A stretch of DNA of 64,000 nt from Gammaproteobacteria bacterium (GTDB lineage Bacteria > Pseudomonadota > Gammaproteobacteria > SZUA-140). The stretch lies in NCBI GenBank assembly GCA_016124415.1, contig WGNS01000004.1:3926-67925 (forward strand), given 5' to 3'. The notes beneath the pieces are model-generated. The model was given only the letters and a program-made list of their open reading frames with translations. It ran no database searches and had not been told where the DNA came from. Numbering within the stretch: position 1 is the stretch's first letter; every line of letters starts with the position of its first letter. Both the position numbers and the translations under genes were made by a program. Shown here piece after piece: positions 19,616 to 29,024 of the stretch.

Positions 19616-20761
19616 CTAGAAAAGCAGATTGGCGATCGAATCCGCCACGCGACAAGCCGTACGGCCATCCCATAACTCCAGAAGTCTGGGTTCCGAGAAG
19701 GATGCGCTCAGGACCTGGTTCAGTTTGTCTTCGACGTTGTCCGCGTTACAAAGCTGATTGGTACCTTCCGAGATGGTGATCGGCCGTTCGGTATTCTCCC
19801 GGAGGGTGAGACAAGGGATACCCAGATAGGTCGTTTCCTCCTGAATCCCGCCCGAATCCGTCAATACGAAGCGACTATTGGCGACCAAACCCATAAAACG
19901 AATGTAGTTCTGCGGTTCCAGCAGACAAATCGACGGATTCCTTTCCAAGGCGACCATCAGTCCGAAATCCAGGAGTCGTTGCCGCGTCCTGGGATGTATC
20001 GGAAACACGATCTTGTAGTCTTTGCTGACACGCTGGAGCACATCACACAATCCGGACAACACCCCAGCGGAATCCACGTTCGATGGGCGATGCAAGGTCG
20101 CCACGCCGTACTTGCCCGGCTCCAGCCCAAGCGCGTCGACGACCGCTTCGGACATAATCCGTTCCCGCATCATTTCGAACGAATCAATCATGATATTGCC
20201 TACCCGGACGATACGATCGTCCGCCACTCCTTCGCGCCTCAGATGCATATCGCCGTCCGCGGAAGGCGTCCATAGCACGTCTGCCAAAGTATCCGTCACC
20301 ATCCGGTTGATTTCTTCCGGCATTTCAAGATCGAAGGAGCGCAAACCTGCCTCGAGGTGGGCCAGAACCGGCCGCCGCCATTTTTCTCCCTTGATTTCCA
20401 GCGGAGGCTCCAAGGTCACTTTCGTCACGGCGAGACTACAGGCCAATGTGGCGTTGACGTCGCCTACGACGACCACAAGGTCCGGACGCTGTTCAAGGAC
20501 CACTCGTTCATAAGCCATCATGACCTTTCCGGTCTGCTCGGCATGACTCCCTCCACCAACCCCTAAATGAATATGCGGCTGAGGCATATCCAGGTCCAGG
20601 AAGAAGGCGTCGGACATATTGTGGTCGTAATGCTGTCCGGTATGAATGATTCTCGGATCCGCCCACGGCCGGATCTTAAGCTCGTGATATAGCGGGGCGA
20701 TTTTCATGAAATTGGGCCGGGCGGCGGCGATCAGATGTATAATTTTTTGATTTTTATCCAT
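19616..20761 (-). CDS. wecB: UDP-N-acetylglucosamine 2-epimerase (non-hydrolysing)
   Basis: The track ORF starts at 20791. I prefer ATG 20761 (MDKNQKIIHLIAAARPNFMK). Motifs seen: HTGQHYD, VVVGDVNATLA, LTDSGGIQEETTYLGIPCLTLRENTERP. Confidence 0.9.
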   Translation of the reverse strand: MDKNQKIIHLIAAARPNFMKIAPLYHELKIRPWADPRIIHTGQHYDHNMSDAFFLDLDMPQPHIHLGVGGGSHAEQTGKVMMAYERVVLEQRPDLVVVVGDVNATLACSLAVTKVTLEPPLEIKGEKWRRPVLAHLEAGLRSFDLEMPEEINRMVTDTLADVLWTPSADGDMHLRREGVADDRIVRVGNIMIDSFEMMRERIMSEAVVDALGLEPGKYGVATLHRPSNVDSAGVLSGLCDVLQRVSKDYKIVFPIHPRTRQRLLDFGLMVALERNPSICLLEPQNYIRFMGLVANSRFVLTDSGGIQEETTYLGIPCLTLRENTERPITISEGTNQLCNADNVEDKLNQVLSASFSEPRLLELWDGRTACRVADSIANLLF

Positions 20762-21044
20762 TTTCGCTATCTTCCTCCGAAGACGAGTCACAGCCCGAAA
20801 ATAACGAACGCCCGCGATCCAGGCGTTATGATGTGGATGCCGCCCGCTTCGAAAACGGCACCTTTCTTATGGTATTGCTTTCACGTAATACATCGGCAGT
20901 CCATGGAAAATCTGCGCACGGCAACTTAAGAAATCTGCCCGTACCGGACGAATCCGGCGTGAACTATATCCCACCACGAAGCCCGTTGGGACACAAGGCC
21001 CGAATCACACCCAAGGCGTTTCGAAGATTTCGCATTATTACAAA

Positions 21045-21076
21045 CAAAAAAGACCCCGCACGAGGCGGGGTCTTCT
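21045..21076 (-). terminator. Rho-independent terminator downstream of the PEP-CTERM gene
   Basis: A 9-bp GC-rich stem pairs agaccccgc (21051-21059) with gcggggtct (21065-21073) around a 5-nt loop. On the minus strand a T-run follows it (plus strand 21045-21050 reads caaaaa). It lies about 85 nt after the stop at 21162. Confidence 0.65.
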
Positions 21077-21161
21077 GACAGGGCGCTGCAATTGGCGCTC
21101 AACCGGCCTTGGTTGTTTTCTCCAACAGCAACCGCGCTCTGTCGTTCCTGATGATCCGGTA

Positions 21162-21908
21162 TCAGGCAGCCACGCTGGCGCGGCGGCGACCACCCAGACC
21201 GACCAGACCTAAGGCAACCATGCCCAGGCCGGCCAGAGCCAGAACGGAGGGCTCAGGAATGTCAGCGTCGAAGCTGCTGACCTGACCATTGTTGGCATGG
21301 GTGATGTTCGCTACGATCGTCAGGGCAAACGGGCCGGTGATATTGTTGGCAGAGGAACCACCGCTCGCAGCATAGACTCCCGCACCACTAGCCAAGGTAC
21401 CCAGGTGAGTCACCCCGGCGCCGGTCGTATCGCCAAAGATATCACCCGCATTGTTGTTGGCATCGACATAGTAGTCGAACACGCCCGTTCCCTGCAGGCT
21501 AGCTGAAACGCTATAACCACCGGAGAAGGTGGTGCCGCTCAAGGGACCGGTATAACCGGTATCGGTCGTCTTCAGGGTCAGGGTACCCGCACCACCAGAG
21601 ACCGACACATTATTCATGTGCAGACGGGCATGGTCGGGGGAGCCGATAGACGGATAGGAAACACCCGTCGTGACCGAAACCGTCCAGCTACCAACTGCAC
21701 CGTTATAAGTCACAACACCGTCCTGCACACCAGCGCCAAGGCTGTTGGCTATGTCGCAAGCCGCGCCGTCGGCACAAGATGCGGTAGCACCGGCATTGTC
21801 ATCAAAATACACCGTAACCGGCGTCGCCTGAGCAACGGACATACCCGCCATCAAACAAGCGGCAGATGCGGCCATCGTCAGTTTCTTGCTCATCAACTTG
21901 ATATTCAT
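21162..21908 (-). CDS. PEP-CTERM sorting-domain protein (exosortase substrate), G/S/T/A/N-rich secreted protein
   Basis: The C-terminus reads DADIPEPSVLALAGLGMVALGLVGLGGRRRASVAA, giving the PEP motif, a TM helix and an Arg cluster. The signal peptide is MNIKLMSKKLTMAASAACLMAGMSVAQA. I prefer ATG 21908 because AAGGAG lies about 8 nt upstream; the track start is 21959. Confidence 0.9.
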   Translation of the reverse strand: MNIKLMSKKLTMAASAACLMAGMSVAQATPVTVYFDDNAGATASCADGAACDIANSLGAGVQDGVVTYNGAVGSWTVSVTTGVSYPSIGSPDHARLHMNNVSVSGGAGTLTLKTTDTGYTGPLSGTTFSGGYSVSASLQGTGVFDYYVDANNNAGDIFGDTTGAGVTHLGTLASGAGVYAASGGSSANNITGPFALTIVANITHANNGQVSSFDADIPEPSVLALAGLGMVALGLVGLGGRRRASVAA

Positions 21909-22041
21909 GACTGAAGCTCCTTTAATCTTCATCGACTCAATTTTAGATATCTGAACCATTCTTTACACGGGGACCGAATCAAGTATTTTCATTCGGTGCC
22001 CTGTTTCGATCCGGGCACTGCCACCCACCGTACCTCTGCAT

Positions 22042-22059
22042 ATACAATCCTTGTGCCAA
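22042..22059 (-). promoter_or_regulatory. Candidate sigma-54 (-24/-12) promoter for the PEP-CTERM gene
   Basis: The minus strand reads GTTGGCACAAGGATTGTATA. This is TGGCAC-N5-TTGT with the correct GG-N10 spacing, but the -12 element is GT rather than GC. It lies about 135 nt upstream of ATG 21908. PrsR, encoded nearby, is a sigma-54 activator. Confidence 0.4.
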
Positions 22060-22144
22060 CTTTTAACAAACCAATATAAAACAACGAGTTACAATGTTGC
22101 CGGTGCGCGCCAACAAGGGCCACTGTAAAGTTTTCCGACATCGC

Positions 22145-23068
22145 TTAGCCCATTCTCGGCCGCTGCAGCAGATATCTCACCAGCAGATAAACCAGCAAAA
22201 AGGCGCCCAGAACCAAATAAGTATAGATGCCGGTCAGAAAAGCGAGAAGATCGTGAAACCATTGAGTGATCTGTTCGAGGCGGCCGGAAGTCTGTTGGGA
22301 ACGGGATTTTTCCAAAGGATTCCCGTTGATGGTATCCGTAAGCGGGCCGCCCAGCTGGATCGCCCAGCCGCCAGCTCCCGTGAAACGCTGTCCTCCCTGG
22401 ATCATGCCGGGCAGCGAGTTGCGCTGAAACAACTGCGAAAGGGGAACCTTCCGGGGCACAGAGTTCTTGCCCAACGGCGTTGGGTCCGCGGGTTTTACCT
22501 CGGCGCCGGGCGGTCGATCCGCTCCGATACGGGAATCATCCAACAATTCCGATTGCGGAACCTCGTTGGCGTCCAATACGGACGATAAATCGCCTATCGC
22601 TTTGGCGTTCGCTCGCTTGCCTTCCGAATCCTCCGTCTGCGACGTATTCCCCGTCAAATTCCGTAACCAGTCCGGAATCAGACGGCTTACCTCTTTCTTC
22701 AGGGACAGCAGAAAGTCCCGGGCCGAACCCCGTTCCTCCTCGCGCTCGACAAGCATGATTGTCCAGAAGGTCGCATCATCCACGGGCACCATCGCCCTGA
22801 CCAATGCGGACTGATCCATGGCGGTCTCACTGGAATCCGGCACATAGCTTGACTGAGGATCATGCTGGATCACCGGCGTGCCTGCCACGGGTCCCGACAG
22901 CGCCCCGATCAGGACGCAAAGGCACAATGATCCGACAACCCTCAAACAACTCGCCACCGCACGGCCTCTAAAACGGGATGACGGTATCTGCGGCCGGGCT
23001 CGATCCGTGAGTATGAGCATCGAGTTCCTTGCCAAAAACATAAGACAGAGGGGGCACGGGGCGCACAC
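22145..23068 (-). CDS. Hypothetical bitopic membrane protein inside the exosortase operon
   Basis: 307-aa ORF; the true start is possibly Met17 at 23020. It has an N-terminal hydrophobic segment VVGSLCLCVLIGALSGPVAG, an acidic low-complexity middle, and a C-terminal TM LLAFLTGIYTYLVLGAFLLVYLLV. I recognise no family. Confidence 0.4.
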   Translation of the reverse strand: MCAPCPLCLMFLARNSMLILTDRARPQIPSSRFRGRAVASCLRVVGSLCLCVLIGALSGPVAGTPVIQHDPQSSYVPDSSETAMDQSALVRAMVPVDDATFWTIMLVEREEERGSARDFLLSLKKEVSRLIPDWLRNLTGNTSQTEDSEGKRANAKAIGDLSSVLDANEVPQSELLDDSRIGADRPPGAEVKPADPTPLGKNSVPRKVPLSQLFQRNSLPGMIQGGQRFTGAGGWAIQLGGPLTDTINGNPLEKSRSQQTSGRLEQITQWFHDLLAFLTGIYTYLVLGAFLLVYLLVRYLLQRPRMG

Positions 23069-23144
23069 TCCGATGCAGCACGATAAGGGCGATCGCCTGT
23101 CTGATTTATGTACCCGCGCACTCTTACATCCCTGCGGCTCATAA

Positions 23145-25946
23145 CTATTTCGCTCCCTTCAACAGCTCGTCGACCTGCTTGGCATGGAACGAATCATTCG
23201 GCGAGGCACGCATCTTTTCCAGGAGCGTTCTGGCGCGCTCCGCCATGCCGTTCTTGATCAGGGCCACGGCAAGGTGATACCGGATCTCGGTATTGTCGGG
23301 AGAGAGATCGTGGGCGCGTGAAAGCAACCGGACACCCTCGTCGACCTGGTCGTGATTGACCAGCATCCAGGCATAGGTATCGATAATCGCACCGTCGCTC
23401 TGCTTGGCTTCATACGCCCTCTTGGCCGTATCCAAGGCACGGGGATCACCCTGTTGATCGTAGAGCCACGCCAGGTTGTTCAATGCAATCACTTTATCCT
23501 TGTCCTGGGCCAGCACCTCTTCATAATGCTTGGCCGCCCGCTTGTAATCGACCGCCGCCATGTACTCGCTGGCAAGCACCATGCGGATCTGGAGATCTTT
23601 GGGATTGTGTTTGAGCCAATCCTCGAGTTCCGCTTTGGCCTCCTTGTCGGAACTCTGTTTACGTATGAAATAGATCCGCAACATCGCGATGCGGTTATCC
23701 GGATGCCTGGCCAGGATCTTCCGATAGAGCTGGATCGCTTTGGCCTGGTCCCCGCCTTGGCTCGCAAGATCCCCTTCGAGAATATCGGCGACCGTATCAT
23801 TGCCGGTCTGCTTGCGGATTGCTGCGACATATTCCCTGGCGGTGTCCTCATCGCCGTTTTTCATGGCAATCCGGGCGAGGAGTTCCCGGGCGACGACCAG
23901 GTTCTTGTCGGCATCGAGTGCGGTACGCAGATTGACTCTTGCCTCCTCAACCTTGTTCTCTGCCAATAACAGAATCGCCAGTCGAACAAGGGCATCGGTA
24001 TCTTTGGGATTGTCCTTCAAGAGTCGCCTGATCAAACGGATCGCATCCCTCGGATTGTCTGATGCCTGCGCCAACTCGGCACCGAGACGAAGGGCTGCGG
24101 TGCTGTCCGGGGCGATCGCGTTGACTTGGCTGTAAAGCTCCTTGGCGCCGCTCAGATCCTTGTTCTGGAGGTCATATCTCGCCAGCACGAGTCTCGGCTC
24201 GATGGCCTTGTCGTTCGCATCGATGGCCTTCTTCAACCAAGACAGCGCCTGTTTCTCATTCTGCTGCTTCATGGAGATCGTCGCCTGCGCCATGAAGGCT
24301 TCGACGTTCTTCGGATCGATGGCCAACACCCTGGAATAAAGATCGCTGGACTCCGCCAGCCTGCCGCGCTGCGACTGCAAGCGCGCGAAATTCGACAATG
24401 CGATCTGATTGTTCGGATCCAATTCAATAACCTTGGAGAATGCCGTAGCGGCATCACCCAACTGCCCCTCTTCCCAGTAGACGAGCCCCTCGAGGTTATA
24501 GGCCAACTTGGGGTCCACTTTGTCGTCCAGCATCTTCTGGACTTCACCGTGCGCCCTCTTAAAGTCCTTCTGGCGAACGTAAGCCATGATCAGGAGATAC
24601 TTCGTACGAATCCGTGCGCTTTCGGACGAACCATCGTCCGGAACCTGCAACGCCTGGATCGCCAGCTGGTTTTCGCCTTGAGCCATATAGGCCAAACCGA
24701 GTTCCGCCCTGACGGAGGCATCGTCGGGAGCGCTCAACAACGCCCCTTTGAGATAGCGAACGCCTTGATCCAAATCACCCTTTCGAAGCGCGGCGCTTCC
24801 GGCCAAGGCCATCAGCTGCGGATCGTCCTTCGCGTCGGCCATGACCGGCGCGAGCGCTTCAAAGGCCAAGTCCGGCGTCTTGAGCCGCAGACGCACGGCC
24901 GCCAACAATTTGCGAGCCCGCACATCGTCGCGATTCCTCGACACGTAAGTCTGCAGGTAGTGTTCCGCCTGTGCGTTCTCACCGAGGGAGTAATAGGTCG
25001 AGCCGAGCAACAAGTTCGACGGATCATGGTCGGGGGCGACCCGCAGAACCTGCAACAGCTCGTCCCGGGCATCGGCGTACTTACCGTTGTGATAGTAAAC
25101 CTGGGCTCGCCAGAAATGCGGCAAAGGATGGTTCGGAATGCGATTGCGCAATTCGTCGATGATCGGCACCGCCTCATCTTCCTTACCCAGCGACAGCAGG
25201 GCCGTCACCATACCGAAACGGGACTGAATCATCCGCAACGTGTTGAGGTCTTCCCCTTTACCCCACGCGGCGGTATACGCCTCCAGCGCCTGATCGTATT
25301 TTTGCTGAACGAACGCAATATTGGCCTTGAGCAGCCAGGCATCGATATTTTGCGGATCCAGCTTCAACACCTGGTCCACGTTGTCGCCGGCCTCCTGGAA
25401 CTTTTCCGCCATGGCCATGGCCCTGGCCAATCCCACCCGCGCCTGAATATCATCCGACTTTTTATCAAGTACCTGTTCGTAGAATCCGCGAGCTTTATCG
25501 ACCTCCTGCTTTTCCAGGTAGGCATCGCCCTGGACAATCATAAGGTCGAGCTGATCGTCGCCCGTGGCGTTGACGCCATCGAGCACCTTGATGGCATCGT
25601 CGGGACGCTCGTCCATGAGCAAGGCGCGGACGTACTTCAACTTGAGGGCAACGTCATCGGGCTTTGCCTTGCTGGCCCGCCCGAGTTCCTTTTCAGCCGC
25701 TTTGGCATCGCCGAATTTGATATACAGCTCGCCCAGCGAACGTCTTGCCTCGAAATTTTCGGGTTCTTTCTGGAGAATGTTCTTGAATTCGATCGCGGCA
25801 GCTCTGTAACGCCCTTGCGACATGTATTCGGCGGCCAACTTCTTGGGGTCCTGCCCTAACATTCCGCATGAGCTCAGGAGCAGACTCAGCACCACCATCC
25901 CGACGCCGAGCACGCCCTTTTCCATACCTTGAAATCGCCCCATCAT
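23145..25946 (-). CDS. prsT: PEP-CTERM system TPR-repeat lipoprotein
   Basis: 933 aa. Lipobox LSLLLSSCGM, then TPR repeats end to end. Its ATG overlaps the xrtA stop (ATGA at 25943-25946). Confidence 0.85.
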   Translation of the reverse strand: MMGRFQGMEKGVLGVGMVVLSLLLSSCGMLGQDPKKLAAEYMSQGRYRAAAIEFKNILQKEPENFEARRSLGELYIKFGDAKAAEKELGRASKAKPDDVALKLKYVRALLMDERPDDAIKVLDGVNATGDDQLDLMIVQGDAYLEKQEVDKARGFYEQVLDKKSDDIQARVGLARAMAMAEKFQEAGDNVDQVLKLDPQNIDAWLLKANIAFVQQKYDQALEAYTAAWGKGEDLNTLRMIQSRFGMVTALLSLGKEDEAVPIIDELRNRIPNHPLPHFWRAQVYYHNGKYADARDELLQVLRVAPDHDPSNLLLGSTYYSLGENAQAEHYLQTYVSRNRDDVRARKLLAAVRLRLKTPDLAFEALAPVMADAKDDPQLMALAGSAALRKGDLDQGVRYLKGALLSAPDDASVRAELGLAYMAQGENQLAIQALQVPDDGSSESARIRTKYLLIMAYVRQKDFKRAHGEVQKMLDDKVDPKLAYNLEGLVYWEEGQLGDAATAFSKVIELDPNNQIALSNFARLQSQRGRLAESSDLYSRVLAIDPKNVEAFMAQATISMKQQNEKQALSWLKKAIDANDKAIEPRLVLARYDLQNKDLSGAKELYSQVNAIAPDSTAALRLGAELAQASDNPRDAIRLIRRLLKDNPKDTDALVRLAILLLAENKVEEARVNLRTALDADKNLVVARELLARIAMKNGDEDTAREYVAAIRKQTGNDTVADILEGDLASQGGDQAKAIQLYRKILARHPDNRIAMLRIYFIRKQSSDKEAKAELEDWLKHNPKDLQIRMVLASEYMAAVDYKRAAKHYEEVLAQDKDKVIALNNLAWLYDQQGDPRALDTAKRAYEAKQSDGAIIDTYAWMLVNHDQVDEGVRLLSRAHDLSPDNTEIRYHLAVALIKNGMAERARTLLEKMRASPNDSFHAKQVDELLKGAK

Positions 25947-27496
25947 TTCTCCTCCAATTCAGCGATTGAAGCCCGGATACCAGGCTCCGCATTCCTCAGG
26001 AACCCAGACAATACGGCTTCAGCATACTTACTATCCTGAATATCGGTGGCAACGGCGACCAGCGTCGACCCGGGTTGCCCCTTCAAAAGCGACCACAGCT
26101 CCATCAATTTAACCTTCTTCTTCGAGATCAATTGCATCCCGCCGACATCATACCAGTACCACAGAAACCGCAGCCTGTCCGAACCGTCGTTCGCACGAAG
26201 CACCGTCATCCGGACTGCCGGGCCGCCGGTCTCGGCGGCACTCCTCTCAACGTCCCGCACCGCCTGCCAGCGTGTCTTGTCGTATAACCGGTTTCGAACA
26301 TAAATCAGCTCCTTTCCCTGAGACTGCCTGCGGTAATAGGCCATATACAGCAGGACACGTTCTCCCGTCCCGATATAACCGAACATCCCCTCCCGCGTCG
26401 CCCCATGGAACACGGGCGACCACGACGACATCGTTCCGGCTGTGTCTGCACGCCATGGCCCCAAGACCGCTGGCCGCTCCAGGTTCGGTAAGGCCTGCTC
26501 CGTTCCCCTTGCTATCTGCCCATCGCCCTGAATGCGATAGACGAGTCCCGGCCCGCACACAAGTCCGGCCAGAAGCAGGACCAACATGGGTATGAGCCTC
26601 TTTTCTCCGGCCCCCGAAATATTCTGCCGCCCCCAACCACGGCCCTTGTCCGTCGTCGCGAGATTTCGGGCGAGACGGCCACCGTACCAAAACACGGGCA
26701 ACATGACACCGGCGAACAACATCCACCCCATGAAGGCGTGATCCTTGACGAGCGGCGACTGCATCATGGTCAGGTGGCCGGCGATAATCACCACGGTCAC
26801 TCTGAGCCAGTTGGCGACAATCGCCACGACCAGGATCAGGCCCATGAAAGTCAGTCTATCCTTGCGCCGGGCAAGATAAAACCAAGCAAAGAACGCGCCC
26901 AAGCTGACGGCGGCCAACAGATACCGCATCCCCGCACAGAATTCCGCGATTTGAAAATTCCCATACGGGATGGAAAGGGCGTTCCCTTCCCGAAAAACGG
27001 GTATACCGATGACCTGCAGCATGTATGTGGCGGCATGCGCGGTTATCGATTGGAACAGCGGCATCAACGGGTCCCATACGGGGATCGCCGTCCAGATAAA
27101 TCCCAAGGGGAATAGTGCCCACCGAACCGCATCGAGACCGAAACAGGCCCAGACCAGCAACGGAAACATCGCTGCCAGGGCAAAGTATTGAACGAGTTCT
27201 ACATGAACCAGCTCCCCGGTTGCCCACAGTAGACTGTCGGCGACGACGAAAGGTAGCGCGAACCAACTCCCATCGACCTTCAAACCGGAAAACGTCTTGC
27301 GTGACCGCCACAAAGCAAAAAGGCAAAGTCCCAATACCAGAAAGCCGTGTCCGTAATTGCTGTTGGCGTCGCGCCAATCGTCCATCAGCGACCCGACGGT
27401 CGCCCGTGTCACGGCCAGCCAGAGTATCACGATGAAGACAAACGCGACCGTGGTCACGTTGCCGAACCGGATGCCTGTCGAAGTACTCAACGGCAT
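25943..27496 (-). CDS. xrtA: Exosortase A fused to a C-terminal EpsI-family domain
   Basis: 517 aa. The N-terminal ~300 aa is polytopic and carries the exosortase motifs IAEFCAGMRYL (catalytic Cys), ANWLRV (Arg) and DHAFMGWMLF (His). The C-terminal ~200 aa is EpsI-like (WSPVFHGA...VLLYMAYYRRQSQGKELI). Confidence 0.85.
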   Translation of the reverse strand: MPLSTSTGIRFGNVTTVAFVFIVILWLAVTRATVGSLMDDWRDANSNYGHGFLVLGLCLFALWRSRKTFSGLKVDGSWFALPFVVADSLLWATGELVHVELVQYFALAAMFPLLVWACFGLDAVRWALFPLGFIWTAIPVWDPLMPLFQSITAHAATYMLQVIGIPVFREGNALSIPYGNFQIAEFCAGMRYLLAAVSLGAFFAWFYLARRKDRLTFMGLILVVAIVANWLRVTVVIIAGHLTMMQSPLVKDHAFMGWMLFAGVMLPVFWYGGRLARNLATTDKGRGWGRQNISGAGEKRLIPMLVLLLAGLVCGPGLVYRIQGDGQIARGTEQALPNLERPAVLGPWRADTAGTMSSWSPVFHGATREGMFGYIGTGERVLLYMAYYRRQSQGKELIYVRNRLYDKTRWQAVRDVERSAAETGGPAVRMTVLRANDGSDRLRFLWYWYDVGGMQLISKKKVKLMELWSLLKGQPGSTLVAVATDIQDSKYAEAVLSGFLRNAEPGIRASIAELEEK

Positions 27497-27643
27497 CGTT
27501 TATGCGCGACTACTATCCATGACGAGGGAAGCACCCGATCTAGGAACGGATGAAATGCAGGCAATCAAACGAGCGCATCTGAACCGACATTTTGGAAAAA
27601 CCTTCGACAGACCGGAAACGATGGCAACGGCTCGGCAACGAAT

Positions 27644-28996
27644 TCATCCAACCCCCTTCATGCCATGCTTTTCCATGAGCGAATAGAGCGTCGGCCGACT
27701 GACATCCAGAGCCTCCGCCATCTTTGTGATATTGCCTGAAAAGATCAGTTCCGCCTTGCCGAGCAACTCGGCCTCGGCCTTGTCGCGCGCCTCCCTCAGG
27801 CTCAGCAACGAATGTTCATCGTTCGCCAACAGGCCCAGGTCCTCGGGAGAGACCTGGGCGCCGTCGGACATCACGACGGCGCGTTTGATCGCGCCTTCAA
27901 GTTCGCGGACGTTGCCGTGCCAGGGCTGGCAAGTCAGAACCTCGATGGCCTCCTGACTGAAACGGTCACAGCTACGCTTGAACTGCTTGCGATAGCGGTC
28001 CAGAAATACCTTTGCCAACAACGCGATATCGCCGCCTCGCTCCCGCAAGGGAGGGACTTGGATAGTAATGTCGCTGATTCGGTAGTAGAGATCTTCCCGA
28101 AAGCTGCCGTCGGCGATCTTTCTCTGCAGATCCTGGTGCGTCGCACAGATCACGCGCACGTCTACGGGGATATCCTCGTTGCCGCCAAGCCTCTGTATCA
28201 CCCTTTCCTGTAGAAAACGCAGTAATTTGGATTGCAAAGGGAGCGGTATATCGCCGATCTCATCGAGGAACAGCGTGCCTCCGGAGGCAAATTCTATCCG
28301 TCCCGGCTTGCGCTTCAGCGCCCCGGTAAAGGCGCCTTTTTCATATCCGAACAGTTCACTCTCGAGCAGGTTCTCGGGTATCGCGGCACAGTTGATGGCC
28401 ACGAGCTCGCGGTCGGAGCGCTCGCTCAAGCCGTGAATGGCCTTTGCAACCAATTCCTTGCCGGTACCGCTCTCACCGAGAATCAAGGTGGTAACGTCGG
28501 TGGGCGCGACCCGCTCGACCATACGGCACACCGCCTCCATGGCGGGACTCGCGGTAATGATGTTCTCGAGAACCCTCGTCCTGGTTTCCGAGACCAGCTT
28601 GCGATAATCCGCTTCCAGACGATGGAGTTGCAAGGCGCGATCCACGATCAGACGCAGCTCGTCGGTGTCGATCGGCTTGCAGTAGAAGTCGTAAGCGCCG
28701 GCGGCAACGGCCCGCATCGCGTTCTCACGGTCGTCGTTTCCGGAAACCACGATGACCTTTGTATGAGGTGCGACATCCAGCACGGCCGCCAAGGCCTTGA
28801 GGCCCTCGCTGGCACCATCGGCATCCGGAGGCAACCCCAAATCCAGGGTCATGACCGGGAAATGCTGGCTCTCGATCGCCGCCAGCGCCGATTCCCGATT
28901 GTCCACGATCGTTACCCGATAGTTATCGAAACACCAACGCAACTGGCGCTGGATTCCCGGGTCGTCCTCTACAACCAATAGGGGTTGTTCGCTCAT
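27644..28996 (-). CDS. prsR: PEP-CTERM-box response regulator, sigma-54-dependent (NtrC/AtoC-like)
   Basis: 450 aa. It has a receiver domain (LLVVEDDPGI...TLDLGLPPD), an AAA+ domain with GESGTGKE and ESELFGYEKGAFTGA, and a C-terminal Fis-type HTH (ALDVSRPTLYSLMEKHG). Confidence 0.9.
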   Translation of the reverse strand: MSEQPLLVVEDDPGIQRQLRWCFDNYRVTIVDNRESALAAIESQHFPVMTLDLGLPPDADGASEGLKALAAVLDVAPHTKVIVVSGNDDRENAMRAVAAGAYDFYCKPIDTDELRLIVDRALQLHRLEADYRKLVSETRTRVLENIITASPAMEAVCRMVERVAPTDVTTLILGESGTGKELVAKAIHGLSERSDRELVAINCAAIPENLLESELFGYEKGAFTGALKRKPGRIEFASGGTLFLDEIGDIPLPLQSKLLRFLQERVIQRLGGNEDIPVDVRVICATHQDLQRKIADGSFREDLYYRISDITIQVPPLRERGGDIALLAKVFLDRYRKQFKRSCDRFSQEAIEVLTCQPWHGNVRELEGAIKRAVVMSDGAQVSPEDLGLLANDEHSLLSLREARDKAEAELLGKAELIFSGNITKMAEALDVSRPTLYSLMEKHGMKGVG

Positions 28997-29024
28997 ACCC
29001 GCCCTGAATTCAGTATCAATAGAA

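Noticed and set aside
24126-25859. 577-aa plus-strand ORF antisense to prsT
   Set aside because: Same antisense-shadow artefact. There are no recognisable domains, and the minus-strand product has a lipobox and continuous TPRs.
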